Positions 1 to 13,212 of a stretch of DNA of 64,000 nt are shown piece by piece (positions within the stretch are counted from its first letter, which is position 1; each line of letters starts with the position of its first letter). Both the position numbers and the translations under genes were made by a program. Location: positions 384,001 through 448,000 of the forward strand of contig CAWAWS010000003.1 in assembly GCA_963785725.1 (NCBI GenBank), given 5' to 3'. Source of the DNA: an uncultured delta proteobacterium (GTDB lineage Bacteria > Myxococcota_A > Polyangia > Palsa-1104). Under the pieces are notes generated by a model. That model was not told where the DNA came from. It did no database searches and saw only the letters and a program-made list of their open reading frames with translations.

Positions 1-2626
<2,626 letters not shown>

Positions 2627-2734
2627 GTCAGGCGTTGTAACACGGCGTTCCCTTCGGCTCACCCGCGGCCGAATACCCGCGGCGGCCGGCGCAACCGGCC
2701 AGCGCTGGAATGGACGATCGTAATTCCCGATAGG

Positions 2735-2909
2735 CCGCGACTTTCGAGCGAGCGAAGCTCGCGTCGGCGCGAAGTCGCGCCGGGAGCAGGGAGAGGCCCC
2801 GAATGGGCTTTGCCCATTCGGGGAGGGCGGCACGCCCTCATTGATCGAGGCTAAATCAGGGCGCGATTCTCGAGCGCGAAGCGATCGAGAATTGCGAACC
2901 CTGGTTTAG
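2735..2909. repeat. Cluster of GC-rich hairpins (REP-like or terminator-like)
   Basis: Inverted repeats cgcgactt..aagtcgcg, ccccgaatgggc-ttt-gcccattcgggg, gagggcg-gca-cgccctc and ctaaatcaggg..ccctggtttag, directly downstream of the malic enzyme gene. Confidence 0.6.
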
Positions 2910-4536
2910 GTAAAGCTGGGATAGCGCGGCTCGTACGCGTGCTCGCGAATGAGCTTGCTGACGTCGGCCGGCTTGTCGGCGCGCGCCAAGCCACGCGCGA
3001 AGATCAGCTCCGCGACCTTGCTCGCCGTGTTGAGCTCGACCTCGAGGATGTTGGTCTGCGGCGGATAGAGCATGCCCTCGGCGAGCTGCTGCTTGGTCAC
3101 CTGATCGGCCACCGCGCGCGCCGCGACGATGAACATCTCGTCGGTCACCCGCTTGGCCTGGGTCGCGTAGATCGCCATGCCCATCGCCGGGAAGATGTAG
3201 ACGTTGTTGGCCTGCGACGGCATGAGCGTCTGGCCGTCGACGCGCACCGGCGGAAACTGCACGCCCGCCGCGTAGATCGCGCGTCCCTGCGTCCAGCCGT
3301 ACGCCTCTTGCGGCGTGCACTCGGCGTGGTCGGTCGGGTTCGAGAGCGCGAAGATGATCGGCCGCTGATTGATGCGCGCCATCGCGTCGACCACCGCGCG
3401 ATTGAACGCCTTGCCGATGGTGCTGACGCCGATGATCGTGGTCGGCTTGATGGCTTCGATGGCCGCGACGAAGTCTTGGGTCGGCTTCGCCGCGTGCGCG
3501 TAGGGCCGCTGGAAGTCTTCCAAGTCCTTGCGGCTCGGCTCGATGAGGCCGCGCACGTCGAACAGCGAGACGCGCCCGCGCGCCTCCACTTCACTCAGCC
3601 CTTCGGAGCGCATCGCCGACACGATCAGATCGGCGATGCCGATGCCGGCCGAGCCGGCGCCGAGGAACAGCAGCTTCTCGTCGGACAGCTTGCCGCCCTT
3701 GATGCGCACGGCGTTCATGAGACCGGCCAGCGTGACCGAGGCCGTGCCCTGAATGTCGTCGTTGTAGCAGCAGACCTTGTCGCGATAACGCTGCAAGCAG
3801 ATGGACGGCGTCGACGCCGGTCCAATCCTCGAAGTGGATGCAACAGAGCGGAAAGACCTCCTGCACCGCGGCCACGAGCTCGTCGACGAACTGGTACAGC
3901 TCGTCGGTGCGCGGTCGCGTCTGGCGCAAGCCGAGATAGAGCGGATCGCGCAGCGCCTCGTCGTTGTTGGTGCCGGCGTCGAGGAAGAGCGGCATGCAGA
4001 ACCTGCGGCGGGACGGCGGCGGTGGCCGTGTAGAGCTGCAGCTTGCCGATGGGAATGCCCATGCCGTTGGCGCCGATGTCGCCGAGCCCGAGGATGCGAC
4101 CGCCGTCGGTGACGCAGATGACGCGCACGTCCTTCTCCGGCCAGTTGCGCAGCACGTCTTTGACGCGTCCACGCCGCTTGATCGACAGATACATGCCGCG
4201 CGGCCCGCGATAGATGTGACCGAACTTGAGGCACGCCTCGGCGATCGTCGGGTCATACACGATCGGTAGAAAGCGCGCCGGATCGCTCATCAGCACCTTG
4301 TAGAAGAGCGTCTCGTCGTGATCGAGCAGGTTGATGAGATAGACGTAACGCTCGAGGTCGGTCGGCTTATGGCCGAGCTGCTGCATCACGCGCTGGATCT
4401 GCAGCGCCTCGTCCTCGACGACCTCGGGCAAGAGCCCGACGAGGCCGAGCGCTTCGCGCTCCTTTTCGGTGAACGCCGTCGACTTCGACAGCCGCGGATT
4501 CTGCAACAGCTCGGCCCCACGCAGGTTCGTTTTCAT
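2906..4536 (-). CDS. maeA: NAD-dependent malic enzyme (two +1 frameshifts, near 4002 and 3795)
   Basis: Motifs [53 protein letters not shown] and SQANN are spread over three frames. Removing one base at each junction restores a single ORF. Confidence 0.88.
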
Positions 4537-5951
4537 CGTCCCAAGCCCTCCTCAGGTGCGGCGACATATGGGTAGACCATCTTGTGTGGATCGACGATTC
4601 GGTCGAACTCCTCGGCGCTGACGAAGCCGAGCGCGAGCGCGGCCTCCTTCAGGCTCAGATCGCGATCGTTGGCGTAGTGCGCGATCTTGGACGCCTTGTC
4701 GTAGCCGATGACCGGTGACAGCGCGGTGACCAACATGAGCGAGCGCTCGAGGAAGCGATCGATCTGCTTGCGATTGGGCTCGGTGCCCGCGATGAGGAAG
4801 CGGCGGAAGTTAGCGCAGCCGTCGGTGAGGATGCGAATGGACTGCATCACGTTGGCGATCATCACCGGCTTGTAGACGTTCATCTCGAGATAGCCCGACG
4901 CGCCGCCGAAGCCGACGGCGACGTCGTTGGCCATGACCTGCACCGCGACCATCGTCAGCGCCTCGCACTGCGTCGGGTTGACCTTGCCCGGCATGATCGA
5001 GGAGCCCGGCTCGTTCTCGGGAATGTCGAGCTCGTGGAAGCCGCAGCGCGGACCGCAGCTCATGAGGCGGATGTCGTTGGCGATCTTGTAGAGCGAGACG
5101 GCGAGCGTCCGCATCGCGCCCGAGAGCATGACGAGCGCGTCGTGCGCGCCCTGCACCGCGAACTTGTTGGGCGCGGGCGCGAACGGCAGCCCGGTCAGGC
5201 GCGCGATCTCGGCGATGGCGGCGGCGGCGAAGCCGGGCTCGGCGTTCAACCCGGTGCCGACGGCCGTGCCGCCGAGCGCCAGCCGCAGCACGGCGGCGAG
5301 CGCGAAGTCGAGGTTCGTCAGGTCTTGGTCGAGCATGGCGGCGTAACCGGACCACTCCTGCCCGAGCGTCACCGGCGTGGCGTCCTGCATGTGCGTGCGG
5401 CCGGTCTTGACGATGTCCTTCCACGCCTCCGCTTTGCGCGCGATCCCGTCACGCAGCGCCGTCAGCGACGGCACGAGACGCTGCTCGGTGGCGACCGCGG
5501 CGGCCACGTACATCGCCGACGGGAACGTGTCGTTCGACGACTGCGACATGTTGACGTGGTCGTTCGGATGCACCGGCGTCTTCGAGCCGAGCGGCGTGCC
5601 GGCGAGCTGACAGCAGCGATTGGAGATGACCTCGTTGACGTTCATGTTGAACTGCGTGCCGCTGCCGGTCATCCACACGTGCAGCGGAAACATGTCGCGG
5701 TGCTCGCCGCGCAGAATCTCCGCGCAGACGCCGACGATCAGATCGCGCTGCCGATCGGTGAGCCGACCGGCCTCGTGGTTGGCGATCGCCGCCGCCTGCT
5801 TGAGCACGGCGTAGGCGTCGATCAGCTCGCGCGGAATGAGGTCGATGCCGATGCTGAAGTGCTCGAGCGAGCGCTGGGTCTGCGCGCCCCACAATTTGTC
5901 GGCGGGCACCGCGACGTCACCGAGGCTGTCGCGCTCGATCCGATTGTCCAT
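4533..5951 (-). CDS. fumC: Class II fumarate hydratase
   Basis: [37 protein letters not shown] and the [11 protein letters not shown] signature. Stop overlaps the malic enzyme ATG (ATGA). Confidence 0.96.
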   Translation of the reverse strand: MDNRIERDSLGDVAVPADKLWGAQTQRSLEHFSIGIDLIPRELIDAYAVLKQAAAIANHEAGRLTDRQRDLIVGVCAEILRGEHRDMFPLHVWMTGSGTQFNMNVNEVISNRCCQLAGTPLGSKTPVHPNDHVNMSQSSNDTFPSAMYVAAAVATEQRLVPSLTALRDGIARKAEAWKDIVKTGRTHMQDATPVTLGQEWSGYAAMLDQDLTNLDFALAAVLRLALGGTAVGTGLNAEPGFAAAAIAEIARLTGLPFAPAPNKFAVQGAHDALVMLSGAMRTLAVSLYKIANDIRLMSCGPRCGFHELDIPENEPGSSIMPGKVNPTQCEALTMVAVQVMANDVAVGFGGASGYLEMNVYKPVMIANVMQSIRILTDGCANFRRFLIAGTEPNRKQIDRFLERSLMLVTALSPVIGYDKASKIAHYANDRDLSLKEAALALGFVSAEEFDRIVDPHKMVYPYVAAPEEGLGR

Positions 5952-6174
5952 GGTCAGCGTGAAATAGGCCTCGCGGAAGCGGCGTCCATCCGTCGATGAC
6001 CGGAGCGGCCGCGGCCTTACGACTACCGAGCGTCCTCGATTGCGCGGCGGCGCGCGCCGACCGACATCACAGCGGCTCGGACGGTCAGACCTGCGGCGGC
6101 CAGCCGATGGCGTGGAGGACGTGACCGTGAAGCGCGCCGTTGCTCGCGATTCATCCAATCAATAGGAGAGCGCC

Positions 6175-7020
6175 ATGAAGAAGGTGTTGATTACGGGAGC
6201 GGCCACCGGCTTTGGGTACGGAGTGGCCATGCAGCTGGCGGAGCGCGGCTTCGACGTCATCGCCGCCGTGGAGATTTACGCGCAAGTGCAGCCGCTCAAG
6301 CGCGATGTGGCGGCGCGCGGTCTCAACGTACGCGTGGTGAAGCTCGACGTGACGGACGACGGCGATCGCCGGAAAGCCTTGGCCTGGAACGTCGAGATCC
6401 TGGTGAACAACGCCGGCGTCTTGGAGGGCGGCTCCGTGCTCGACATTCCGGCCAGCAACATGCGGCACGAGTTCGAGGTGAACGTCATTGGGCCGCTGCT
6501 GTTGACCCAGGGCATCGCCAAGCAGATGGTCAAACGCGGCAAAGGCCGCATCGTGTGGGTCTCCTCGCGCGAGGGCATCAACGTCAATCCATTCACCGGA
6601 ATCTACGCCGCCTCGAAGCATGCGATCGAAGCCATCGCCGAGACGATGAGCCTCGAGCTGCAGGAGTTCGGCATCGAAGTGGCCACCGTCAATCCCGGTC
6701 CATTCCTCACCGGCTTCAACGATCGCGGCTTCCAGACCTGGGAGAGCTGGGAGGACGAGCCGTCGGAGCGGCTGTTCGACTACTCGAAGCTGGCGTTTCC
6801 CCGCTCGCAATTCGACCCCGAGATCATGATCGCGACGATGACGAAGGTGGTCGCGGGGGAAATCGACAGCTACCGAAACCTAGAGCCCAAGTCGATGCTG
6901 GAAGAGACGAAGAAGAACATCGAGGCGCCCTGGACCAAGAAGATCAAGGTGGGCCTCGGTACGCGAGCGGCTCAAGTCCAGAAGTGCTACGAGATGAAGC
7001 CCGAGACGCCCGTCAAGTAG
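6175..7020 (+). CDS. SDR family oxidoreductase
   Basis: ITGAATGFG, NNAG, YAASK, VNPG; RBS aggag. Confidence 0.92.
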   Translation: MKKVLITGAATGFGYGVAMQLAERGFDVIAAVEIYAQVQPLKRDVAARGLNVRVVKLDVTDDGDRRKALAWNVEILVNNAGVLEGGSVLDIPASNMRHEFEVNVIGPLLLTQGIAKQMVKRGKGRIVWVSSREGINVNPFTGIYAASKHAIEAIAETMSLELQEFGIEVATVNPGPFLTGFNDRGFQTWESWEDEPSERLFDYSKLAFPRSQFDPEIMIATMTKVVAGEIDSYRNLEPKSMLEETKKNIEAPWTKKIKVGLGTRAAQVQKCYEMKPETPVK

Positions 7021-7097
7021 CGACATCGTAAATTTCGACCGCCGCCGGCGCGACTTCGACCCCGCTAGCTGCTCACTCATGGAGGGGGCTGTCGCGG

Positions 7098-7742
7098 ATG
7101 TCGTGCCAACGTCAACGTTTGTCACTCTTGGGGCGGTGCGCGCTGGGCGTCGCCGCGCTGGCGCTGCTCGGCGGATCGGCGCGCGCCGATGAGGATGTCA
7201 GCGCGGCGCGGCGGCACTTCGAGGCCGGCACGCGCGCCTTCAACGTCGGCGAGTTCGAGAACGCGGCCAAGGAATATCGCGAGGCCTACAAGCTCAAGCC
7301 CGATCCGGCGATTCTGTACAACGTCGCGCAGTCGTATCGGCTGGCGAAGAACGTCGAGCAGGCGCTGTTCTTCTATCGCTCGTATCGCCGTAACGCGAGC
7401 GATCTGTCGCATCGCCGGGAGACGGACGACCGCATTGGCGCGCTCGAGCTGCAGCTTCGGCAGGAGCAGGCGCCACCCAACGACGTCGTCAAGCGCGTGC
7501 CGGCGATCGAGGGCAAGGCGCCCGAGCCGCCGCCGAGCGAGCCGAAGCCGAGCGAGTCGCCACCGGCGACGGCGCAGCTCGACCTCACGACGACGGCGCC
7601 GCCGCCGAAGCCGCCGGTCTATCGAAAGTGGTGGCTCTGGACGACGGCCGGGGTGGTCGTCGTCGGCGCCGGTCTCGGCCTCGGCCTCGGGCTGAAAGCC
7701 GGCGCGCCGAGCACGGCCCTCGGCAATCACAGGGTGTTTTGA
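7098..7742 (+). CDS. Secreted TPR protein with Pro-rich linker and C-terminal TM segment
   Basis: Signal peptide (ARA-D), TPR helices (PAILYNVAQSYRL), PVYRKWWLW followed by a hydrophobic helix. Start uncertain. Confidence 0.85.
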   Translation: MSCQRQRLSLLGRCALGVAALALLGGSARADEDVSAARRHFEAGTRAFNVGEFENAAKEYREAYKLKPDPAILYNVAQSYRLAKNVEQALFFYRSYRRNASDLSHRRETDDRIGALELQLRQEQAPPNDVVKRVPAIEGKAPEPPPSEPKPSESPPATAQLDLTTTAPPPKPPVYRKWWLWTTAGVVVVGAGLGLGLGLKAGAPSTALGNHRVF

Positions 7743-10138
7743 TGCGCGCGCTCCTGATTGTGGCGCTGTCGTCGAGCGTCTGCGGCTGCGCGCAAGGAAC
7801 CTTCGTGACGCTGTCGATCGATCAACAGGTGACGACGCCGGCGACGGCGCGCGTGGATTTGCAGTTGGCGCTCGCCGGACGCAGCGCGACGACGACGCTG
7901 GGCGCGCACGGCGGCGCCGCGCTCGTGTTCCCCACGACCGCGTCGCTGCAGATCGGCGCCGGCGCGGGCCCGATGAGCGTGACCGCGATCGCGTATGACG
8001 CGACCGGAAACGAGGTCGATCGCGGCAGCGCCAGCGTCCCGGTGGTCGCGAACGCGGACGCGCGGACGACGTTGACGCTGGGAGGCGCCGGCACGGCGGC
8101 GACCGACATGGCCGGCCTCGGCGACGGCGGCAGCAGCGCCGCCGTCCCCAGCGCGCCGACCAGCGTCACGGCCTCGAGCGGCAACGCGCAAGCGACGGTG
8201 ACGTGGGCGCCGCCGGCGAGCAGCGGCACGAGCGCGATCGCGTCGTACACGGTCGTGTCTGCGCCGGGCGGCGTCACGGTCGAGACGGCCGGCAACGCGA
8301 CGACGGCGACGATCGCCGGCCTGACCAACGGCACGACGTACACGTTCGCCGTCGCCGCCACCAACGCGTCGGGCACCGGACCGGCCGCGGTGTCGAACGG
8401 GGCCACGCCGACGGCGACGCCGATGGTGCCGGCGGCGCCGACCAGCGTCACGGCGACGGCCAATGTCGACTCGGGCGCGACGATCGCGTGGACCGCGTCG
8501 GACAATCACGGCGCGGCGCTGCAAGGCTACTCCATCGTCGCCACGCAGCTGACGGGCACGCTGGCGACGGCGGGTCCGACCGCGACCAGCGCCATCGTCG
8601 GCGGGCTGACGCCGGGCGCGCACTATACGTTCACGATCACGGCCACCAACAGCGTCGGCACGAGCGTCGCGTCGCTGGCGTCGAGCCCGATCACGGCCGC
8701 GACGTCACCGGGCGCGCCGACGGCGGTGAGCGCGGCCGCCAACATTCCCGACGGCGCCACCGTCAGCTGGAAGGCACCGGCGAGCGACGGCTTCGCCAAG
8801 CTCCTCCATTACACCGCCACCGCGTCGCCGGGCGGCATGACCGGCGTGACCGCGGACGGCACGTCGACGTCGGTGCAGGTCAAAGGGCTGACCGCCGGCA
8901 CCGCGTACACCTTCACGGTCGTCGCCACCAACGTCATCGGCGACGGGCCGGCGGCGGGCGCGTCGGCGCCGGTGACGGTGCTGCCGCAGCTGGCGGCGCC
9001 GGCCAACGTCGTCGCCTGCAACATCGGCGGCACGGTGACCGTGCGCTTCGATCCGGTCGCCGGCGCGCTGTCGTACGACGTCTTTTACGGCACGGCCGAG
9101 CCGGCCACGAGCGGCACGAAGGTCAACCTCGCCGCCGGCCCGGCGACGATCACGCTCGCCGCCGGCACCTTCTATTTCGCCGTGGCCGCGGTCAACGGCG
9201 CCGGCGACGGCGTGCCCTCCGCCGATCAAAAAGTCGCCAACGACGGCCAAGTACACGACACCGCCTTCGCGATCTCGGCGAGCGGCGTCGACATCTACGA
9301 CTGCTTCAGCACCATCGCCAGCGGCAGCGCCCCGACGCGCACGATGAACATCGGCATCCCCGGCTTCGGGCCGACCAGCGCCGCCATCGCCGTCGACTCG
9401 GTCAACTCCGTCATCTGGGTCGCCGACTATGCGAGCTACCTGATCGACGGCTGGAACGACGCCAACCTCGTCAACGGCGTCACGAGCACCGCGCCCGACT
9501 ATCAGTTCAGGCAGCTCTACGCGTTCGCCATCGCCATCGACGACGTGCACAAGAAGCTCTACGTCTCGTCGGGATCGACGACCACCATCAGTCGCTACGG
9601 CTACACGACGCCCGACAGCTTGAACGGCACCGTGACCCCCGAGGCCACGTTCAACAGCGGCGCTGACCCGAGCGCGGCGCCGGGCGTCGGCTATGAGCTC
9701 GACGTCAATCGCGCCAACGGCGACTTGTGGGTGGCGTTCGGCGGCGGCGGCGGCTCCGGCGGCGCCGGGCTGTTCCCGGCCGCGCACGACGCCGCCGACA
9801 TGGCCGTGCCGACCAAGCTGTTCAACCTGTCCGCGCAAGGTGGCGCCGTCGGCTATTACGGCCTCACCTACTGGCCGGCGAACGGCGGCACCATCGCCGT
9901 CAGCGACGGCAGCTCGACCCTCTCGTTCCTGACCGGCGTCGACGCGCTCACGGGCGGCAACGTCCCCGCGACGAGCACGCTCAGCGCCTCGCCCGGCGCG
10001 CTGACGAACGGCAACGGGCTCTTCGTCATCGGCGACACGGCGCAAGTGACGGCGTGGAGCGAGTCGAGCTTGACCGGCAACGCGCTCAAGACGCTCACCG
10101 GCGGCCGCACGTACCAGGGTGTCACCTACGTCCCATAG
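7742..10138 (+). CDS. Lipoprotein with fibronectin type III repeats and C-terminal beta-propeller-like region
   Basis: ATG overlaps the upstream TGA (TGATG); lipobox-like Cys; repeated PxAPTxVTA..W..GLTxGxxYTFxVxAxN. Confidence 0.88.
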   Translation: MRALLIVALSSSVCGCAQGTFVTLSIDQQVTTPATARVDLQLALAGRSATTTLGAHGGAALVFPTTASLQIGAGAGPMSVTAIAYDATGNEVDRGSASVPVVANADARTTLTLGGAGTAATDMAGLGDGGSSAAVPSAPTSVTASSGNAQATVTWAPPASSGTSAIASYTVVSAPGGVTVETAGNATTATIAGLTNGTTYTFAVAATNASGTGPAAVSNGATPTATPMVPAAPTSVTATANVDSGATIAWTASDNHGAALQGYSIVATQLTGTLATAGPTATSAIVGGLTPGAHYTFTITATNSVGTSVASLASSPITAATSPGAPTAVSAAANIPDGATVSWKAPASDGFAKLLHYTATASPGGMTGVTADGTSTSVQVKGLTAGTAYTFTVVATNVIGDGPAAGASAPVTVLPQLAAPANVVACNIGGTVTVRFDPVAGALSYDVFYGTAEPATSGTKVNLAAGPATITLAAGTFYFAVAAVNGAGDGVPSADQKVANDGQVHDTAFAISASGVDIYDCFSTIASGSAPTRTMNIGIPGFGPTSAAIAVDSVNSVIWVADYASYLIDGWNDANLVNGVTSTAPDYQFRQLYAFAIAIDDVHKKLYVSSGSTTTISRYGYTTPDSLNGTVTPEATFNSGADPSAAPGVGYELDVNRANGDLWVAFGGGGGSGGAGLFPAAHDAADMAVPTKLFNLSAQGGAVGYYGLTYWPANGGTIAVSDGSSTLSFLTGVDALTGGNVPATSTLSASPGALTNGNGLFVIGDTAQVTAWSESSLTGNALKTLTGGRTYQGVTYVP

Positions 10139-10206
10139 ACGATCAATCACGCCAGGAGCGCGCGTTCGACCGTTGCAATTGCACCGAAATTTCATGCTCA
10201 CGACCA

Positions 10207-10401
10207 ATGGGGATGGGCTACGACAGCGTCTGGAGCGCCGGCGGCGACGGGCTGTGGCACTCGGGCGACGCCGGCGCCAACTGGCAGGCGGTGCCGCTGC
10301 CGATCCCATGGTCGGGGCCGCATCCGGCAATTCAGGTGCGCTCCGACGGCCGCGGCGGCCTGCTCATCGTCGGTGGCGGCGTGCTCATGCACGGCCAGTA
10401 G
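10207..10401 (+). pseudogene. Short BNR/beta-propeller-like gene fragment
   Basis: GLWHSGDAGANWQAV resembles an Asp-box (SxDxGxxW). Too short to be a full domain. Confidence 0.4.
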
Positions 10402-10477
10402 CACCTCCTTCGACCGGGTTATTCTCTCGTTTATTTGCGCTCACCGTGAGAGCTGCAATCGTAGACGGGAGGTGGAC

Positions 10478-10768
10478 ATGTCGAGCAAAAGCTATGACGG
10501 CGTCACGCAGGCGGTCTGGGAGTGCGTCAAGCTCAACAGCATTGCCAAGAACGGCGCGAGCTACGACCCGCCCGACGGCACGGAGGGCACGGTGACGATC
10601 CCGACGCCGGTCGGGACGGTGGTGTTGGAGTTCGCGCTCGACCCGGCGGCGAGCACGGTGACCTACACGATCAAGAGCAAGCCGCTGCTGGTGCCGGAGT
10701 CGGCGATGTGGAGCGGCATCGGCGACAGCATCGACGCCTGCATCAAGAGCAGCGGCGGCGGCGGCTGA
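10478..10768 (+). CDS. Small hypothetical protein
   Basis: RBS ggaggt, protein-like composition, 96 aa. Confidence 0.75.
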   Translation: MSSKSYDGVTQAVWECVKLNSIAKNGASYDPPDGTEGTVTIPTPVGTVVLEFALDPAASTVTYTIKSKPLLVPESAMWSGIGDSIDACIKSSGGGG

Positions 10769-10906
10769 GCTGGCCGCAGACGCACAGGATGGCGTCAGCA
10801 CGGCGACGACGTAGAGGCCGCTTTCGATCCTGAGCCATGCGCGCAATCTAGCGCAGAAGGGCGGACGCAGCACCAGCCCGACGGCGCGAGCGCGCGCGGC
10901 CGCCGG

Positions 10907-11554
10907 CTACATCTTGGTCGCGGCCGGGGCGTTGAGCGCGACCGTGCACTGGCCGATGTCGACCGAACCCTTCGCGGCGACCGTGCCCGTCATGCCGTCG
11001 CTCGTCGTCATGGAGGCGCTGCTGGGCGTGACGGTGAGGTTGATTCCCATGACCGTGATCATGCAGGTCTGGCCGGGCACGAGCGTGGCCGTGTCGCCGG
11101 CGACGGCGAAGTCGAAGTTGCAGTTGAGCGCGGCGCCGCCCTCGAAGGTGATCGTGTCGGCCGACTTGAGCGTCACCGTGAAGGTATCGGCGGATATATC
11201 GGTCGACGGCGGCTCGGTCAGACAGCTCGACGTCGTCGCCACGGCGCCGGCGCCGTAGGTCCAGGTGCCGACGAACTTCGACGCGTCGCCGAGGACGACC
11301 ATGTCCGGCGACGCGGTCACGCCGCCACCGCCGCCGTTCGCGCCGCCACCGCCGCCGCCGTTCGCGCCGCCGCCCGCCATGTCCGTCGACGACGCCGAGC
11401 CGCCCGTCGCCATGTCGGACGAGCCCGATCCCTGATTGCCGTTGCCACCGGTTCCGCCGGTTTTCGAAGCGCTGTTGCTACAGCCGAGGCCCGCGAGGGC
11501 GAAAATCAATGCACCGAATGAACAGGCGACCGTGCGCCCCATTTTAGCGGCCAT
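10907..11554 (-). CDS. Lipoprotein with Gly-rich linker and beta-rich domain
   Basis: Lipobox LGC, RBS aggaggt, FVGTWTY (lipocalin-like start). Confidence 0.8.
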   Translation of the reverse strand: MAAKMGRTVACSFGALIFALAGLGCSNSASKTGGTGGNGNQGSGSSDMATGGSASSTDMAGGGANGGGGGGANGGGGGVTASPDMVVLGDASKFVGTWTYGAGAVATTSSCLTEPPSTDISADTFTVTLKSADTITFEGGAALNCNFDFAVAGDTATLVPGQTCMITVMGINLTVTPSSASMTTSDGMTGTVAAKGSVDIGQCTVALNAPAATKM

Positions 11555-11753
11555 AGGCCACCTCCTTCTGCGACTCGGCGCACCCTAACATCGCCGTCGA
11601 CACCGCCACAATCGTCGAGATCGACAAGATCGCGACTGCTCACTCGTATGTGCACTCACGATCAATCGATCGACCCGATCCACAGCCGAACAGGCGCGCA
11701 TTCGCGCTACCTACCCACGCGAACCGTCCGGCTGAGGCTCTTCGTCGTCCACG

Positions 11754-11779
11754 GTCACATCGTCCGCTCGCGCTTCGTC
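11754..11779 (+). promoter_or_regulatory. ECF41-type sigma promoter
   Basis: GTCACA-N16-CGTC upstream of a carboxymuconolactone decarboxylase gene, the known ECF41 target class. Confidence 0.7.
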
Positions 11780-11816
11780 ATGGCCATGAAGACCCAACGT
11801 GACGAGGAGAGCGACC

Positions 11817-12272
11817 ATGCAAGCAAGGATGAAGAATCCGGCAACGATCGTGAGCGGCGCCGGCAAGGCGATTCAGGAGCTGTGGGGCGCGGTGGCGGGA
11901 AGCGGCCTGCCACCCAAGACGCTGGCGCTCGTCCACTTGCGCACCAGCCAGATCAACGGCTGTTCCTTCTGCGTCGACGGCGGCGCGCGCCATGCCAAGA
12001 AGGACGGCGAGACCGACGAGCGGCTGTTCGCGGTGGCGGCGTGGCGCGACGCGCCCTATTTCACCGAAGCCGAGCGCGCGGCGCTGGCGCTGGCCGAGTC
12101 GGTCACGCGCCTGAGCGATCGCCCCGACCCCGTGCCCGACGACGTGTGGAGCGAAGCGGCGCGCCACTACGACGAGCGCGGGCTGGCGGCGTTGCTCTTG
12201 GCCATCGCCACGGTCAACGTGTGGAACCGAATCAACGTGACGACGCGGCAGCCGCCCGGCGCCGGCTGGTAG
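11817..12272 (+). CDS. Carboxymuconolactone decarboxylase / AhpD family protein
   Basis: LRTSQINGCSFCVD, FTEAERAALALAE, NVWNRIN; RBS gaggag. Confidence 0.93.
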   Translation: MQARMKNPATIVSGAGKAIQELWGAVAGSGLPPKTLALVHLRTSQINGCSFCVDGGARHAKKDGETDERLFAVAAWRDAPYFTEAERAALALAESVTRLSDRPDPVPDDVWSEAARHYDERGLAALLLAIATVNVWNRINVTTRQPPGAGW

Positions 12273-12382
12273 CGCAGGCCAAAGCCGCCGCGCGCGCGCG
12301 TCTCCGATCGCATCCGACGCCCCGGCGTTCCACGACTGATCACGCCTGTGTACAATCGGCGCTGAAAAAAGCGCGGCGGCCG

Positions 12383-12409
12383 TGTCGATCTCGTCCGGGC
12401 CCAATCGTC
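12383..12409 (+). promoter_or_regulatory. ECF (ECF42-like) sigma promoter
   Basis: TGTCGAT-N16-CGTC about 50 nt upstream of the GST gene. Confidence 0.5.
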
Positions 12410-12458
12410 GCCTTGTACGTGACGCGCGTGGCGTCATGCAATGATCGGGAGACCGCCA

Positions 12459-13112
12459 ATGACCGCCACCATCACCGCCTTCGAAAGCTCGCCCGATCGC
12501 GGCCGGGGACTGGCGCGTGACCTGCGCGTCCGCTGGGCGTTCGAAGAAGTGGGCCAGCCTTACGACGTTCGCCTGGTCTCGTTCCGCGAGCTGAAAGAGC
12601 CGGCGCACCTCGCGCTCCAGCCTTTCGGGCAGATTCCGACCTATCAAGAGGGCGAGCTCGCCTTGTTCGAGTCGGGGGCGATCGTGCTGCATATCGCGGA
12701 GCACCATGCGGGCCTGCTGCCGGCCGACGCGAACGCCCGGGCGCGCGCGATCGCCTGGATGTTCGCCGCGCTCAACACGGTCGAGCCGCCGCTGGTCGAA
12801 CGCGGAATGGCCATGCTCCTCGAGCGCGACAAGCCTTGGTACGAGCAGCGCCAGCCGCTGCTCGAGACGCGCGCCCGTAAGACGCTGGGCGACCTCTCCC
12901 GTCGCCTGGCCGATGCCGACTGGATCGATGGCGCGTTCAGCGCGGGCGACCTTCTGCTGGTGGGCGTGCTGTTCCGGTCGAAGCCATCGGGAATCCTCGA
13001 CGAGTATCCGAACCTCGCGGCCTATGTCGCCCGCGGCGAGGCGCGACCCGCCTTCAAGCGTGCGTTCGCCGCTCAGCTGGCGGTGTTCACCGGCAAGCCA
13101 GCCACCGGCTGA
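12459..13112 (+). CDS. Glutathione S-transferase family protein
   Basis: QPFGQIP, LFESGAI, FSAGDL, RPAFKRA. Confidence 0.93.
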   Translation: MTATITAFESSPDRGRGLARDLRVRWAFEEVGQPYDVRLVSFRELKEPAHLALQPFGQIPTYQEGELALFESGAIVLHIAEHHAGLLPADANARARAIAWMFAALNTVEPPLVERGMAMLLERDKPWYEQRQPLLETRARKTLGDLSRRLADADWIDGAFSAGDLLLVGVLFRSKPSGILDEYPNLAAYVARGEARPAFKRAFAAQLAVFTGKPATG

Positions 13113-13212
13113 ACCTTAGGTCAGCTCGCCGAGCGTCTCGCGCAGCCACGTCAACGACGCGGCGCACGCGCCCGATGAGGCGCGCGAAATCGCGCCCGAG
13201 CGAGCGGCGTCG

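Noticed and set aside
3790..4005. Programmed frameshifting in the malic enzyme
   Set aside because: No slippery sequence; single-base duplications fit sequencing error better.
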